A DNA stretch of 64,000 bases, from assembly GCF_006345805.1 (NCBI RefSeq), contig NC_042998.1, positions 75,206,001 through 75,270,000 of the forward strand, in the 5' to 3' direction. This stretch comes from Octopus sinensis. Its lineage: Eukaryota. Below, one piece after another: positions 11,736 through 25,089 of the stretch (positions are counted from its first letter, which is position 1; every line of letters starts with the position of its first letter). The notes below the pieces were generated by a model. The model did not search any database. It was not told where the DNA came from and saw only the letters and a list, made by a program, of their open reading frames with translations. The translations under genes were made by a program, and so were the position numbers.

Positions 11736-13256
11736 CAACAATTCTATACCACACCTCTCATCCCATTGAACATAGTACTAAAATCTTCAAGTGCTTATAA
11801 TATACCATGATCTTAGATATAAGTGATCGTTGAGATATTCATTTTAAAAAAAACTATAAGTCTAAATGGCGCCAGTATTTTAGATACTGCATAGTTGCTG
11901 TTACTATTAGATTTCTGATTTCTATCAGATCTGGTTCAAAGGAAATTGTGTGATACTAATCAGCAAATCATCTCCGAAAATAAATTAAACTGAAACATGT
12001 ATATATCTGAAATGCTATTACATATATGAGTTGCTATGTTAACATGAATAAGTTAACCATTCACTAGAATAGATGCAAATAGACATAAATCAGCAGATTC
12101 TAATTTATTTGAATGAAATCTAAGCAATAATTCTGTGTTCTTAATACTGGTTTCTTTTCCTAATAATAAACAGATGGAGTGTTGAAAACAAATTAATAAG
12201 TAGCTTTATATGAAGGCAAACTGAAAGAACTATAAGAGAACATGGTAAACAGCAAACGTGTTAAAGAAGAAAACAAATGTGTTATTGGGTCCAATGACGG
12301 CTGAAATATCGATTTATTGATTAAATATATATCAAAGTAAAACGAACCTTTAGACATGAGAGATAAGTTCAATAATATATTGATTGAATCAATATCATTA
12401 TGAATAACATGTCCAATATGAATTTGGCAAAAAAAAATCTGTAGCGTTTGACACAGTAACTTACACATTAAACTATATGCAGACAATATAAACAAATACA
12501 TGTGAATGGGAACTGATACACACCGCACTCACACACTCATACAAATACATATGTGTGTGGGTGTATGGCATGTATTTATGTATGCGCGCACGTAAACACT
12601 GCTTCATATATCGATTTCATTTCTGTTTATAAAGCCAAAGACACACAAACATGTACACACATACTCATACACACAAATGTATAGGGAAAAGCTCTACTTT
12701 TATATATATATTTCATTTAATACACGGCTGTTTTCAAGTTTTATGCTCTTGAATTCACATTTTTAGAAATATTATTATTCTACTGTTAATTTGGAACAAT
12801 TAAGTTTCTAAATTGATATTTAAGGTTTCCAGAAATTCACAGTCTCATATTCAGCAAATGAATACGTTTATCCCCTCTACTGTTTTTCAAATACTTGTTG
12901 GATTTCTGCGGACTTTCAGGCATAAGGTGTTTTAATCGTTATTCTCCTACGTCAAAAGTCATGTTCTACTTTGTTTATTGCGGTCAAGACTTTGAGCAAG
13001 AGAAGTATACCTTCGTTGTCACGTTTTAATTTTATATGTGCTTGTTGTTTACATGTATATGCTCCCCCCGCCCCACACGCACACACGCAATTATAAATTA
13101 TGATAAAAATTTGAATAGAAAGAACAAATCAGGAGACTTTGTTCACAAATACATTATTACGTCATATCACACGTCTTTCATTATTAATATTTATTAGAAA
13201 ATAATTTATAAGCAGCTTGTATTATCAAATTTTTAGGGATTGCATAACACTTGTTT

Positions 13257-13287
<31 letters not shown>

Positions 13288-13654
13288 ACACACACATCAC
13301 TTGTTAAGGATACTTCTACACGAAGCAATGTGTCCTTGGATGACTTAAGGATTAGATGAGTGCTGGTGAGGGGTAAAAACTCCCAAAATTTGGCATATAC
13401 GCTCATTACACTTTTTCTATTTTGGATTTCGTTGTTTGTTTTCATCTGACGTCTCGGGTACGAAACATCGTAACAAAAATCAGTGTTGGCTATACTTCCT
13501 GTTGAATATCTGTAGAGATAACCCTAACAAGAGCTGTAAAACGCACAGTAGAACACGGTATTGATTTATAAAAATGTTTAATGTACTTTATAGTATATCA
13601 TAAACACCGTGTCCTTACAATTCATTGATATATATGCAAATATATATGTATATA

Positions 13655-13848
13655 TATCGTTTTTGGATTTGGTTTGTAAGATTCTGTATGTGAGTGCGTG
13701 TGTTGAAGCATATTCTGTTGTGCTTGGAGAGAGTCATTCTCTTTTTGCCTTATAATTTAACATTCACCGGTAAAATTTCCATTTATATATTTTTCATTTT
13801 TCTAAAATTTTCGTTGCGTCTTGCAACCTTTTCAATAGTTTTGACTCT
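13655..13848 (-). mobile_element. PLE pLTR-like repeat family A, copy 1
   Basis: Same sequence family as 33168-33410 and 37885-38248. It contains the hammerhead motif at 13802-13838. Confidence 0.8.
13802..13838 (-). ncRNA. Minimal type I hammerhead ribozyme, U3-A8 variant
   Basis: CTA-TTGAAAA-G-GTTGC aagac GCAAC-GAAA-ATT-T-TAG: 3-bp stem I, 5-bp stem II and a palindromic loopless stem III (AATT). Confidence 0.6.
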
Positions 13849-13879
13849 GTCCGTTACACGCACTGCCTTCCTTTTTGTT

Positions 13880-14306
13880 TGTTTGTGCGCATGTGTGTAA
13901 ATCAGTGTGTGTGTGTGTGTCCCTATGCCTGCATGCATGTATGTATGCATGTGTGTAAGCATGTATGTGTGTGTGCATATGTATATATTTGTGTGTGTAC
14001 ATTTTTATATATGTATTCTGAATATTCATGTGTTTGTCCGTGTTTGTGTGTTTTTATGTATGCGTGTGCGTGTGTGTGTGTGTTTGTATATGTGTGTGTG
14101 TACCTCTGTCTCCTTGTGTGTGCATGTCTGAGTGTGTGTGAATATATGGTCATATGTTTCATTCTTCATTTGCGTATATGTGCTTGCCTGTTCATATAAC
14201 CTTTGTACCTATCCGTCTGTATGTTGTTCTGTTTACTTTCATATCCATATGCTCACATACATGTGCATATATATACATACACCCGCAACTACACACACAC
14301 ACACAC

Positions 14307-14358
<52 letters not shown>

Positions 14359-14395
14359 ATAAACACATGTATGAATGAATGTATGTATGTATGTA
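13880..14395. repeat. Cryptic TG/TA/CA-rich low-complexity tract
   Basis: Read directly. It is the source of the CV/YI-rich ORFs. Confidence 0.95.
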
Positions 14396-14399
14396 TATT

Positions 14400-15450
14400 C
14401 AAGGTGCGGTGAATATATTGCCTAAATTACACAAAAATTAAAATAACACTGACATCTCATTTAACAGATATATATATAGAAATTACATAAAAATATCTTG
14501 AAATACTAAAGAGTAAATTCTTTTCACTAGAATCGTCATTAGCTTAAACCAAGATCCCCTGACGACTTCTGAACGGTCTCCTTTTTGAAGTTGGACAATG
14601 ATGCTATAATCCTTGCCTTCAGTTCATCTTTGATGTCACGAGGAGTTTTGTTGGTCTCTCACTCAACTGCGTCCCACTCATAATAATCAAGGGAGTTGCA
14701 GTCTGGTGGTCCGATGTTAGTGGTAATGTAGCCGTAGAAATTGTCTGACAACCATGACTGCGTTCTCTTGCTTGTGTGAAACGGTGCGGAGTTCCGTTGC
14801 CAGACATAGGGTCTTCCAGCAGTCATCCTCTTGACCCAGGGCAGCGCTACCTCCTCCAGACACTTGATATAGGCCTCCGTGTTGAGTGGGAGGTTGCGTG
14901 AAAAAAATCAATAGAGAGGCATAACATCACCATCACTAGTGATCACTCCAAATACCATGATGTGGAGACTGGATGTTTGATATTTATCAATCTCGGCACA
15001 TATGCTCAGATTGCACTATCCTCAGATTGAATCACAAACACCCTGAAATGTTCGTATTGGAGGTTCCAGCGCGAATGCCAAGCATTACATCATGTCGTTT
15101 CTAAATTTCTGGCAAAGTGAATTGCGTCATGGTGCTCTGTTTCTCACAAGCAGTGCCTAAGTGACCACATACGATAAAGTGGAAAATAGTCGAAAAAGCA
15201 AAAACATATGTTAACGGACAAAAAAATTTAAGCTTAGCGTATCTGAAAGAACCGAGGTCTTTTTCAGATCGAAAATTTCTAAGTCACTCCTGAGCTCTAG
15301 ATCCGAAATTTTCAGCTGTTGTTAGCATATGGCTAAGCTCCTGTTGACGAATTCAATAACGATTGAATAACGGTTGCACAGACTCTAAGCCACTTTGTTT
15401 TCATTGTTATATATTACGGTCTAAGGGCAAATTACGCTAATTCCCACCTC
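14400..15450 (-). mobile_element. Tc1/mariner superfamily element, maT (DD37D)-like, internally deleted
   Basis: Minus strand has an N-terminus MTQFTLPEI*KRHDVMLGIRAG (about 15130-15010) joined to IMVFGVITSDGDVMP...WQRNSAPFHTS...PPDCNSLDYYEWDAVE. A TIR-like end starts at 14400. The right boundary is uncertain. Confidence 0.8.
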
Positions 15451-16289
15451 TTGCTGTTTTCAGATTTCTGAATTTATGCCATTTCGATCTACTTCTTTTT
15501 CGCCTTTTGTTGGTTTTCGGTCATGTAATCGACCCATTTGTAGTTCGTTATGCCATGTGGGCAGTGTCCGATGATTGTACATGAACATCAAACGTATTAA
15601 GAACAATGTTTGTCATGCTCTCAGCACATCAAACTAATAGTGACGTATAATGACATATATTAGTTTATCAAATAATATATGTATAAGATTTTCTTTCCAG
15701 TATTTTCCATAAAAATACATATATTTGCATAAATTTTCGAGAGCTTCCGGTCGACACGACACATAACTGGTTAGTAAACGTGGGTAGAATGAACTCCATA
15801 GAAGTTTTTAAATGTGCTTATACATGTATTTCAATGGTACATGTTTAACATGAAGTGTTCCAGATTCTGAATGAAAATTATAGATAGATACAGACATTCG
15901 TGGAATGTTCAATCACAATCACGTTAATTCAATTAACCGACGAAGAACCATTCATATGTGTGTGCGAGCGCTTTCGTAGGCACGTTACGAATGTTGTGTA
16001 TGAATGCTTTAATATTAGACCAAAATCAATATCAGGAAACGGTAGCTTCATAAAACAAAGCAAATGAAAATTACCTGTCTTTGAATATGCATACGTATTA
16101 TTTGCTAAGTATAGATTTGTAGAGGAGTATATTAGCTATACGAAATATATTGAGAATACTGAACATATTGCACATAAACGTTTAACTTAGAGAAATTGTG
16201 GAATTTTCATGTGTTTCTGCATGCATATGTATATATTCGTACATATATGAATATATATACATATGCATATCATTATATGCATATCATAG

Positions 16290-17145
16290 TATCGACCGGA
16301 CCATCAGGTGTTATTGTACCCCACTGACCACAATGCGTTTTCTATTTTGCTTTGGTTGCACCATCCTATTCCATCTTGACCCAAGTCTTTTAACTGAATC
16401 TTCTTCCCATCGTCATGGACGCCCTTCAAGTGGCGTTTTCCGATCTCTTGGAGAACACTCGGCAACTGCACAGGTCTATCTATTGTCTGTGAGCCTATAG
16501 ACATGTCCGGCTCTACGGAACATGTGCTTTCGTTATTCTGTGATCACATTGTTTACTTCGCTCCTTAATCGAATCATCTCATTTCGAACATGCACTCGTA
16601 ATAATATTACAAGCATGGATCTTTCCATGGCCCTCTGCGTCGTAGCAATTCGATTTACTATCTACTTAATAGTGGCCACGTCTTACATGCGTATGTATAT
16701 GAGAGCGCAGGTACGTTGGTTTAATTCAAGAGTCTGGCACGTATAGTAATGTCTATCATTATTTTGAGTGCTTCCTTTGTTGCAGTAAACGCCTTCCCCC
16801 ACCCCTACTCTTATTCTGTTTGAGGTTTGAGCATCCATATCTCAGCATATATTCAATTCACTATGTGCTGTAAGTAGATGAGCTCTGTCACTTCCTTGAT
16901 TTTATCACTTTCCACCTCTATTCGGCCCTGTGCTACAACTTAGGACTGCATGTACTGTTTTCATGCGGTTCATTTTAAGGCCTACTGCTCTGTAATCATG
17001 ATCTGCAGCTGGGCAAATGGTCTCTGGTTTCAATGATGAGTACAATGTCATCTGCGAATTGGTGGTGTGTTAGGTGCTCGTGCCATTGATGTTCATGCCT
17101 CCTGTCCAGTCGATGTCCCTGTTAAACATTTCTAAACATGCGTCA
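16290..17145 (-). mobile_element. RTE-clade LINE 3' half
   Basis: Reads ACLEMF..IDWTGGMNING..LTHHQFADDIVL (about 17145-17040) and TQRAMERSML...RNEMIR...AGHV (about 16640-16500). Confidence 0.85.
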
Positions 17146-17249
17146 TATAAATAAGTACACAAATGCATATATCTATATATAGATATTTGTGCGCATTTGT
17201 ATGTATTCATATATGTGTGTGTATGTCTGTGTGTGTGTGTGTGTTTGTA

Positions 17250-17430
17250 TATATTTTTCGATGCCCAGATAACTGAAGAGATGGCGGCGTGGGTCTCCAC
17301 CCCGACATCCGAAACTCGAAGTTTTATCATGGGTACTGAATATTTGTCACATTAATTTTACAGATAAATACCGCTATTCACATAATATCGAGGTCTCTTT
17401 CATTCTTTTGTTGTCTTACCATTCCTATCA
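17250..17430 (+). mobile_element. PLE pLTR-like fragment, family B, ending in (TA)n
   Basis: A hammerhead is followed by a pyrimidine-rich tail and a microsatellite, the same layout as 28255-28620. Confidence 0.6.
17264..17333 (+). ncRNA. Type I hammerhead ribozyme with canonical core
   Basis: Stem I CCCAGATAA/TTATC(A)TGGG, core CTGAAGA at 17273-17279, long stem II GATG-CGG-GTGG/CCAC-CCG-CATC, GAAA at 17311-17314, stem III AC/GT. Predicted cleavage is after GUU (17323). Confidence 0.75.
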
Positions 17431-17479
<49 letters not shown>

Positions 17480-17529
17480 GCTTATGTGTGTGTAGGAGTG
17501 TGTGTTCATACATATATACATACATATAC

Positions 17530-17565
<36 letters not shown>

Positions 17566-17585
17566 GTATATATGTATGTATGTAT

Positions 17586-17650
<65 letters not shown>

Positions 17651-17710
17651 TACACATACACATATATCATAGATATACAGACAGAGATATGTTGATATAT
17701 AGATAGACAA
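17430..17710. repeat. (TA)n-rich compound microsatellite
   Basis: Read directly from the sequence. Confidence 0.97.
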
Positions 17711-18717
17711 ATAAATGGAATGATTTATAGTTAGAGAGATAAATAGATAGATAGATATTGATATTGATATTGATGTTTATATTCGTATTAATATTAATAT
17801 TGAAGTGAAGGCATTTGTAAAATGGAAGGAAAATCCTCTGTGTAGGAATAAAGTATAATATCTATTCCTATAATTAATTCTTGAAACATTGCCGCTAATG
17901 TTAAGTTTTGAAAATGAAACTTCACTTATATGAAGGAAATTGTCATTGATTACAGTCAATTCATGCGATCTATTGTAAGGGGAATATATAACAGCTCAAT
18001 AGCAATATGCACATTTTCAAGTTGTATAGGAAATCATCCACTTTTATCAACAAAGAAATTATTTAATGCACAGATATATCTTCAATTGCTTTCGTATGGA
18101 ACAATCTAGTAATTGCGCCCGATCTTCTTAGTGTTTGATTCTAATTTGTATGGGATGTAAAATAAGCACATGTACAAGTAGTGCAAATATAAATCTATAT
18201 ATCTATATATATAGCGGTGAGTTAACGTTTTGTAGATGTAAGAGTGGGTTTGTGTACGCGCGTTTGCGAATGTATGGGATGTGTGTGAGTGCGCAGATAT
18301 ATGTGTATGCATGTATACATAATAATATTCATACAAGCACCGACATATAAATATAGATATGATTGTGTGTACGTTTGTGTATATGCATCGACAGAGGGTG
18401 TTATATGCGCATGCGTAAGGTTCATTACCAGCAGCCTGGATATTATAGATCATGATTTCGGATTCTTGCTTATGTTGTTTTGATAGTCCACCATTTCCTT
18501 CAATCTCCATCTGTGGCAGAATGTGCACTAACACGAGATAGCTGCTTTCATAGTATGAATTTACGTTACCGGTCATAGCCCATGTTCGTTTCATCAGTCA
18601 TGCTCTTCCGTGCTGGTTTAAGGCATGCTGGAAAATAACTATCAATTTTGGAGTTTTCTTTCTAGATTTATTGCTTTCACAGCAGCTTCGGAGGTGAATT
18701 TAACTTCACGAAATTCT

Positions 18718-18885
18718 ATATAGATGGTCCCCTGAGTGGTACTACCGTTATGGATAAGAACGGACCTAAAAGTAATGTCAACGAAGGGGTAACTCCAAGT
18801 TTCTCACAACTCTAGAACTCCATAACTAGAACCTCACCACCGAATGAAGATTAAAATTCCTATCCAGGCTGTACCTTGATAGTAA
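18718..18885. mobile_element. Decayed interspersed repeat (SINE/LINE tail-like)
   Basis: GGACCTAAAAGTAATGTCAACGAAGGGGTAACTCC...CCTCACCAC resembles an abundant octopus repeat. This is recognised from memory, not from a search. Confidence 0.45.
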
Positions 18886-19183
18886 GAGTATATTTTAAGT
18901 AAGTCTAACAAGTAATAATATTCATCTTCATAAGGTTTGGTTTTTCCATTCATCTTACTTTCTATTTACAGCATTAAAAAAAAAGTTATTGGCCCAAATA
19001 TTTTAGTTTTCTCCCTTTTATAGTGTCTATAAAGTTAAAGATCTGCTTAAAAGTCTTCTATAGATCTCTAACCCAGAAAGACTGTAATGTAGCTGAGAAC
19101 ACACTTCGTGATGGCTGTTTCGGTTCCTTGTAGTAGAAACGAAAAAAGTATAATAATTTCTGCTCTCAACATTTATGTTTCTT

Positions 19184-19395
19184 AAGGTGGTGATCTAGTA
19201 AATCGTTAGAACGCCGGATAAAGTGCTTAGCGGCATTTCGTTCGTCTTTACGTTCTGAATTTCAAATTCGCCGAGGTCGACTTAGCGTTTCATCCTTTTA
19301 AGGTCGATGAAATAAGTACCAGTTGAGCACTGGGGCGATGTAATTGACTCACACAGCTCCCTCGAAATAGATGTCGTGTCCCAAAATTTGAAATT
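19184..19395 (+). mobile_element. tRNA-derived SINE with Nin-like core, first of two tandem copies
   Basis: Core GAGGTCGACTTAGCGTTTCATCC...GGTCGATGAAATAAGTACC is shared with the copies at 29077, 52640 and 58990. Confidence 0.85.
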
Positions 19396-19412
19396 AATAC
19401 CTATGTTTCTTC

Positions 19413-19627
19413 AAGGTGGTAAGCTGAGAGAATCGTTAGCATGCCTGACAAAATGCTTAGATGTATTTCGTCCGTCATTACATCCTGAGTTCAAATTCCA
19501 CCGAGGTCGACTTTGATTTTCATACTTTCGGATTCGATAAAGCAAGTACCGGTTGAGCACTGGGGCCGGTGTTATCGACTTACTCCCTCCCCCGAAATTG
19601 CCGATTTTGTGCCACATTTTCAAGACA
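19413..19627 (+). mobile_element. tRNA-derived SINE with Nin-like core, second tandem copy
   Basis: Same family as 19184-19395, independently diverged. Confidence 0.85.
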
Positions 19628-19761
19628 GCATTTACGTTTCTTGATGCGAGAAAAGTTGACACTTTTTCCAATGGTTATTTAGCCTTTTCAACACATCTTT
19701 TATAGTTCACAATCTGTATCCCCACCAAGAATAATGTGTACTAACATGCTTATAAATTATA

Positions 19762-20680
19762 CGAGGTGTTACGAAAAGGTTCACGAAGCTAGTAATGTTT
19801 TTAAAAAATAGCTTATTTACCTAAGTTTTAACATCATTTCCCTCAAAATAGTCACCTTGCACAGCAATACACTGACCTCAGTGTTTCTTCCATTTTTGGA
19901 ATCCAGCCTGCAAGTCTTTTCTGCAAGCGAGTCTTACTGTGATCCGCTCTGGATCTCGACAACAGTGTTAAAACGGTGGTCTATAAGCTGCATTTTCATC
20001 TTGGAGAAGATACTGAAGTTCGCAGTGATAAATCTGAGGAATAGGGCGGGTACAGAAGAGATACCATGTTGTATTTGTTTTGAAACTCACACGTGAGGAG
20101 TGCTCGGTAAGAGGTTGCATTGTCGTCTTGGAAAATCCAATTATTCGCGTTCTACAGATCTGGTCACTCTTGCCGAATGTCTCGCCTCAAGTGCTTTGAA
20201 ACGTCTCAGTAGAACTTTCGATTGACGGTCTGGTTCGGGGGTGGGGGGCGAATTCTCGATGCACATTACCGCATTCCTGGGAATGACGCTCGTCGCAGGT
20301 CTTCGAGATCGCTCATCGTCTTCCAGGGACGTTCTCCCGCTTTTGAAGTACCCATAGCACTCGAAACATTGTGTACGACCCATTGCCTCGTCACCGTAAG
20401 CTGGCAGAAGCATGCTCTATGTCTCTGTAGTAGATTTCCTGATTTTAACGCAAATATTCACGTCGGCTCTTTGTTCCTGTCTATGGCAAAAACGCAGACT
20501 ACTGAATGCACGTGATCACAAAAGCAAAAATTTCACAACTTGCGAAGTAAACACAGTAATGTCACTCGCCACATTGTTCCATGAAGGTCACTGCAAGCTC
20601 TCATTGTGCATGCAACAGTATGATACTATCTGTTGGAGCGCTACAGAACTAGTCAGTGAACACTTTCCTACTACTGCTTA
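19762..20680 (-). mobile_element. Mariner (DD34D-type) element, internally deleted, both TIRs recognisable
   Basis: Minus strand YGDEAMGRTQCFE...FKSGRTSLEDDERS.RP is joined to VHREF.PPNQTVN...FQDDNA...YPPYSSDL...QGDYFEG. TIRs lie at about 19762-19793 and 20648-20680, with TA at 19760-19761. Confidence 0.9.
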
Positions 20681-21119
20681 TATCATATATGTGTGCGTGT
20701 GTTTGTGTGTGTGTATGTGTGTGTGAGCGTTTGAGCGCTTGGATGCGTATATTAATACATTTAGGAATTACCTAATACACTTCATTGCCTTACAGTTGTT
20801 TCTGTTATTGGATGCATTATTCTCAAAGCTGAGTGCTTGTGCATAACCTTCCTCGCAGTCGCTACAAGGAAGACTTCATTTTAAAGGCTCCTGAGAGTCT
20901 ATAAGGGAAAGCATAAGTACTCAACTGTGATTTCAAAGCATCTTGCAGCTGAAAGAACTGTATGACAATGAAGTTGATTACGAATTTCCTGTTATCCTGT
21001 TATACTTTTAATTTCCTATTACGTTCTGTGCTTGTCTAAATCTCAATTCTTAGGAATATGTATATTGACTTCTAACAGTAGTTGTTAATGGTCACTATGT
21101 CGAAGCAAATCTTGATACA

Positions 21120-21335
21120 TTCATATATATAGATATACACTCGTACACATACATAAATACATACGAAGGCACACACACACATATACATACATGTATACAT
21201 ATATACATACATATACATATATACATATATATATTATAAACATTGCATTATACATACATACATACATACATACATACATACATACATACATACATACATA
21301 CATACATACATACATGCATTCATACTTACATACAT
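21120..21335. repeat. (TACA)n-rich microsatellite
   Basis: Read directly from the sequence. Confidence 0.97.
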
Positions 21336-22469
21336 ATATTCTATTACATAATGCACAGCTGTGCTGGCTGGCAGAAGAAACATGTGCCACAGTATGAACA
21401 ATTTTGACATGCCTTTTCAATCTTCCAACTCAGAGGCACAACTTCCCATATGTTGCAAATATTCACTTGTGACATACATACATTCTAAATTTTCTAGAAC
21501 TATAAGGACATCTAAATTCATCCAACAGGTTCAAATCATTAACTGCGGTGTATGAGAATATTCGATACAAGTCCTATGTCCTGAGAAGAGGCCAATATAT
21601 ATGCAAAGAAGCCAGAAAGCAATTTAATCCATGCTAAGCAGTTACCATGGATGTAGTCATTGAAGCTGTGGGCCGATTCACACAACAATATTATAAGAAA
21701 GTGTATCGAGCCATGCGCATTTGGATTTTGCTAGATTAGAGTTCTTCTCTAATTAAATTACCAAATATAACTTCAAACACACATTGCAATGAAAAGGTTG
21801 ACTCTACATCCCAATGTATTGAGACTGTCCTTCTGTGAATGGTCGTCTTTATCTCTTGTTTAAAGTAATTATATATCACATAAATGTATGAGGAGGGATG
21901 TGCTGGTAAATGTATAGTAAGTTCAAATCTAACTCACACCGTTAACTGAAAAGAAAAGTGTATTATATAAATTTAGCTGTTATCTCTAGCAGGTTGAACA
22001 ACCGTGCATAGGTTCTTTCCTGGCTTCTATCTCGTTCTCTGTCACACACCCCAATTATGTCAGCACTACTATAGTGTAAAACAAATTATGTGTCGCTAAA
22101 TGCCTGCTTGTTTTCATGATATCTCTCGTTGAATTACGGTAATCATGTCAAATTGATGCATATTTTATTAGATTGAATTTTTGAACAGAAATCTAATCGT
22201 GGCCGTAAGATTGTGCGATAAACTATACTTGTAGCTTGTTGCGAGTTTCTTCGCAACACCAACTACACACAGTTCACACATTCTGCTAGTGTTACATCAT
22301 TTTCTTATTTCGTATATATATATATATATATGCTTGAGTCTGTGTGTATGTGCCTGTACTATATTAACTTCATCCAGCCGATGGGAAAATCAACATCTAG
22401 AAACGTTAAGAGAAATATTTAAATAACATTATTACACATGCGTGCTTCTAATATTCATTTAAAAGAAAA

Positions 22470-22490
22470 TTTCATATATATATATATAAT

Positions 22491-22554
<64 letters not shown>

Positions 22555-22800
22555 TATATACATATATACATACATACATACTCACATACATATATAATAT
22601 ATATATATATAGTGTCGCTATACCTAAGTGAAATATTAATATATATGAAAATATATATATATGTATACATATATGTATGTATGCATGTATATATTTATAT
22701 GTATATGTGTGTGTTTGTGTGTATATGTGAGTCTGCATGTGTGCATGTATGTGTGCATGTGTGTGTGCATATACGTATATAAACACATATGTATGCGCAT
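22470..22800. repeat. (TA)n and TG-rich compound microsatellite
   Basis: Read directly from the sequence. Confidence 0.96.
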
Positions 22801-23739
22801 GTAATTTTATATTAGTGTGAGTGTCCAGAGGTAGATAAATGACAGACAGACAGATGCATAAATAGATAAACAACAATAATATGAATATCATTCAATCGGA
22901 GGTTTAAAGAGAAAATTGAATTATTGATGTGTCTATATAAAACTGAGTTAACGCCAAGAAGCTACTTTAGATCAGATAAGAGATAAACGATAGTAACTTA
23001 ATTAAGAAGTTCAAGAAATTCTCCCTAATGAAGATGAACAGAGATAGATCAGCGAACAATAAAAATAAATTAAATTCGAAAAGTGATATAAAGTTACGAT
23101 GTACAAGTCTCTATATAAATTGTCAGAGCATTTCAAGTGCGTTTGCGGGAATTCTCAGTTTTCTGTGTTTGTATGTGTGTGTCGTTTCGTATGTTTAAGA
23201 TATTTCGGAATCAGAATTTCTGAAGGTTGGACATAGTACTGTATTAGCACTTCTGAATGTGCAATGCAAGTGAACCATTGCCTATACCACTATTGTAACG
23301 ATAGTTATGAGCTAAGTGTTTAGTGCTGACACTATGAATCTAATTTCTTAAATACATATATTAGCTGACGTTAGGCAAATATATCGCACTTATCTATACG
23401 GAATACCCAAACAGATACCTATTGATTATTTCTATTTCACACCATTTTCCAAAATATTTAAACTTAATCTGCAACTCTGTTTCCATTTTGGATTGATTTA
23501 TTCTTCATAGAAACTAACAACAGTGTCAGTGCTCATTCAGGATAGACAGCTTTCATTTAGACAATCAAATGTAAAATGATGGTAGTGATATGATTAGTGT
23601 TATGATGAATATGACGTATCTGAGACATAGTCAATAAACTTTAGAATTATTAACTTAATTAAAAGGAAATTATATGTGAAGTAAAAAGTTTTAAAAAACC
23701 CTCCGGTCATGGATGGGCATAGGATTACACCTACAGAGT

Positions 23740-24018
23740 CCCCTGCGAGGCACAAATCCGAGCAAGTTGTGACAAGCAGTCACCCATGCCTACCAGCCTC
23801 CCCTCTTCACGCCACCGATGTTATCAAATGAACAGGCAAAGGCCGGTACAGCTTGGCACCAGTAATGTCGCAACTCATTTCTAGAGCTGAGTGAATTAGA
23901 GCAACCTGAAATAAAGAGTCTTGTTCAAGAACACAGCACACAGCCCAGTCGAGAAACTGGACTCACTACCTCATGATTGTGAGCCCGACACTCTAATCAC
24001 TGAGCCATGTGCCATCAC
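23740..24018 (-). mobile_element. tRNA-derived SINE (OR/OK-like)
   Basis: The minus-strand head GGCACATGGCTCAGTGATTAGAGTGTCGGGCTCAC carries an A-box-like motif. The TTCTTGAACAAG...GTTGCTC...CACTCAGCT core is shared with 30733-31053. Confidence 0.8.
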
Positions 24019-24611
24019 CACTGTAAAGGAGGTACCTGGAACTGAGCTGTCGAGTCCAGATCAAGAAAAACGTTGCTAAAATAGTAGATGTGATACGCCA
24101 GTCGTCAATGAATGAAGACTTGAAGGTCAATTAACATGGCAATTTACATCATTGCACAATTGTAATTTATATATACTTGCTTCCTTACTGAAAAAAGTAT
24201 GACATCATTCTATTTGGTGATATAGGAATTCTTATAGAAAATATAGAACCTCAGATTTGCAGCAAAATCAATGTCAGAAAATTGTAATTTTTGTGTATTT
24301 TCTTAAATATGGTTTCATTAAATATAGTTTAATAATCTCGATCAATAAATAATTAAACCAAGTCTTCTTTAGGATTGAGTACAAAAGTTTAGAATGAGCT
24401 ATACTCTTTTTCATAGGTAAGTAAAGATAGTGTTGTTGGTTCTTAAGTGATAATTCTACGAATTTGTCTAATCTGTGATACGGTGACGATTAATATTGAT
24501 AAATATCCTGTTAAATAGTAAATACTTCTGATGAAGAAACAAATATAAGAATTTTTAGAGATGCTTACTATAATTTTGTTGCAGATATCTGTATATATAT
24601 ATAAGGCAGGA

Positions 24612-24642
<31 letters not shown>

Positions 24643-25051
24643 ACATGATTGTAGTTTATGCACATCCACAAATTAGCGCGCATGTCGCTCACATTTTAGG
24701 AGGACATTCGTCAACCCCTAGCTGTATTTTCGTCAAATTATTTCCCCCCGAGGCATTCGCGAATAGTGGTAAATAATTTTGAGCCATAACTTCAATTTTC
24801 AAGGCGGAGAAATCTACTGTAGGGACGCCATTATTGTTTACAAAACATGGTGTAAAGAGAGGGAGGGAGAGGGAGAGAGAGAGGGAGATAACAGCTTTTT
24901 AAAAATACTTTTTAGTGCGTGATTAACAGACAATAATAGACAGACAGATGTTATTATGTATGTATGTGTGAATGGCTTCAGTCATACACAAACACACCAC
25001 ACACACACTAGCATGTATGAGTACAAAACATATGCATGCAATGGGTGTTGA

Positions 25052-25085
<34 letters not shown>

Positions 25086-25089
<4 letters not shown>

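Noticed and set aside
13445-13473. CTGACG...GAAAC hammerhead-like string
   Set aside because: A9 is missing and there is no credible stem II.
18559-18765. Open minus-strand frame resembling a terminal exon (SVLIHNG...MGYDR*)
   Set aside because: Its apparent acceptor and 5' part lie inside an interspersed repeat, and the peptide is not recognisable.
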